Positions 62,755 to 64,000 of a stretch of DNA of 64,000 bases are shown in pieces. Both the position numbers and the translations under genes were made by a program. The DNA is from Oopsacas minuta (taxonomy: Eukaryota; Animalia; Porifera): NCBI GenBank assembly GCA_024704765.1, contig JAKMXF010000299.1:744001-808000 (forward strand), in the 5' to 3' direction. The notes under the pieces are model-generated. The model searched no databases, was not told where the DNA came from, and saw only the letters and a program-made list of their open reading frames with translations. The first letter of the stretch is position 1. Each line of letters starts with the position of its first letter.

Positions 62755-64000
62755 TATGTTAATCTAAAGTATTATCTAGCCCTCAAATACATTGATTGGA
62801 CATAATCCTTTAGATTAACATATTAATCGGCTCCCAGACTGAAATGATGTGCTACACCCTGCAAGAACTCCATTTTAGAACGATCTGGAGAATAATATTC
62901 ACGAACTAGAGTCTTCAACGCTTCCTCACTCTGTTGGGACCGCCTCCGCTTGGTTGGCGGCTTGCCAACAAGGTAGTTAGTATGCCGCACCTCCACTAGG
63001 CCCTGCTCACGCTTGAGGGAGAGGATGAACTTCCATATGGTGGGGTGATGGCAGCCGACAGTGGCATTGAAGCTGCGGTGCCATGCCTCTACGGCGTTGG
63101 TTGTACGGGGGAGTCCTAAGGGCGTGCCGATGTGGTTGTTCCACAGGTGAATAGGGTACGTAGCCGCTACATGGTATCCGCTGGCAACTGTGCGGCCGAT
63201 ATACGTCCTCTCAAAGTAGTCGACTAGTTCGCCTATTTCAGGCGTAAGGGGGAGGTCCATTGCCACTTGATCAAACAGATCGGGTACGTCTGCTGGTCGG
63301 GCAAAAGCAAGGGCTGGTATCCTCCGGATGCGCATAGCCAACTCTTCGTCATGTGTGTAGGCAGACTGCAGCCCTACAGACTGCACATGTCGCCAGATAT
63401 TCTGTGTGAGGTGGAAGAAGCAGCACTTCACTACTGTGCTAGGCCAGACATGCTCAAAGCTGGTAATCGCGCCCTTCTCAAAGTCCAGGAGCATCTGTTG
63501 AGGCTGGACAAGTGGACACAGTAGGCGGATCTGTTCCCACATCCTCAGGTAGGCAGCCTCGTCTTGTTGGGCAGTAGCACGAACAGGCTCGGTAACAGAT
63601 GACCGGTTTTCATAGGATCATCTCCTCCACGGAGTCCATGCCCACATACACCTGGGCGAAGAGGGGCGGTGCCGTCTTGAAGGTGCCATCAGCTAGACAG
63701 ATCTTGCTGCGCTGCAGCATCCCGAGGTTGTGTTGTGTCGCGAAGATGAGGAATCTGTGTACATCGTCTACACCAGAGTCGTATAGTAAGAACTGTTCTC
63801 CCTTGGCTGTCTGATGGTAGACTGCTGGTAGAGCTAGCTCTGCTAGAGTGGTAGACTGTGCTGGAGCTGCAAGTAAACTAGCACGTTGGCGTTGTATCGT
63901 CCGCTCCAGGCTGTCCAGTTTGGGGAGTTTAGCAGCAGTACCCTCTGATGCTGTTTGCAAACTCTCGCCCATTATGTGGTGTGTGCTATCCTGGGACTCC
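61577..64000. repeat. Large near-perfect inverted repeat: arms 61577-62769 and 62808-64000, 38-bp loop
   Basis: Position x pairs with 125577-x throughout with no indels; mismatches only at 62535/63042, 62598/62979 and 62653/62924. Confidence 0.95.
62823..64000 (-). pseudogene. Inverted copy of the same MULE transposase, right arm of palindrome (truncated by window end)
   Basis: Reverse complement of 61577-62754 with the same frameshifts and only three substitutions seen. Confidence 0.9.

Noticed and set aside
61350-63814. Extra ORFs 61350-61622(-), 61541-61729(-), 61763-61978(-), 62053-62310(-), 63267-63524(+), 63599-63814(+)
   Set aside because: Antisense shadows of the GC-rich MULE coding sequence, duplicated only because of the palindrome.
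17981-64000. Functional link between the SUV39H gene and the MULE hairpin as one silencing system
   Set aside because: They are ~42 kb apart with unrelated genes and TEs between; nothing in the sequence ties them beyond co-location.

Overview
AT-rich eukaryotic, animal-like genomic DNA (not prokaryotic; I found no CRISPR array, rRNA or tRNA). It is dominated by transposon debris around three intronless host genes, all on the minus strand: a SUV39H-type H3K9 methyltransferase that lacks the chromodomain (17981-19042), Tim9 (57692-57931) and mitochondrial ribosomal protein bL27m (59891-60295). Mobile elements delimited by TIRs and/or TSDs: two Chapaev3-like (CMC) elements, one with an intact 573-aa transposase nested inside a mariner; two DD37D (maT) Tc1/mariner elements; a pogo/Tigger element; a deleted Gypsy LTR retrotransposon; a decayed THAP/P-element; several Mutator (MULE) remnants; hAT-, Tigger- and MULE-type MITEs; and five copies of a Helitron-like non-autonomous repeat. 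Two structures stand out. (1) A near-perfect palindrome of at least 2 x 1193 bp made of a dead, GC-rich MULE transposase gene folded tail-to-tail around a 38-bp loop (centre ~62788, running off the window end), architecturally reminiscent of the maize Mu killer hairpin silencer. (2) A 3.4-kb element with ~355-bp TIRs and a perfect 9-bp TSD carrying an ORF I cannot recognise as a transposase. All alignments were done by eye and family assignments come from remembered motifs, not database searches.
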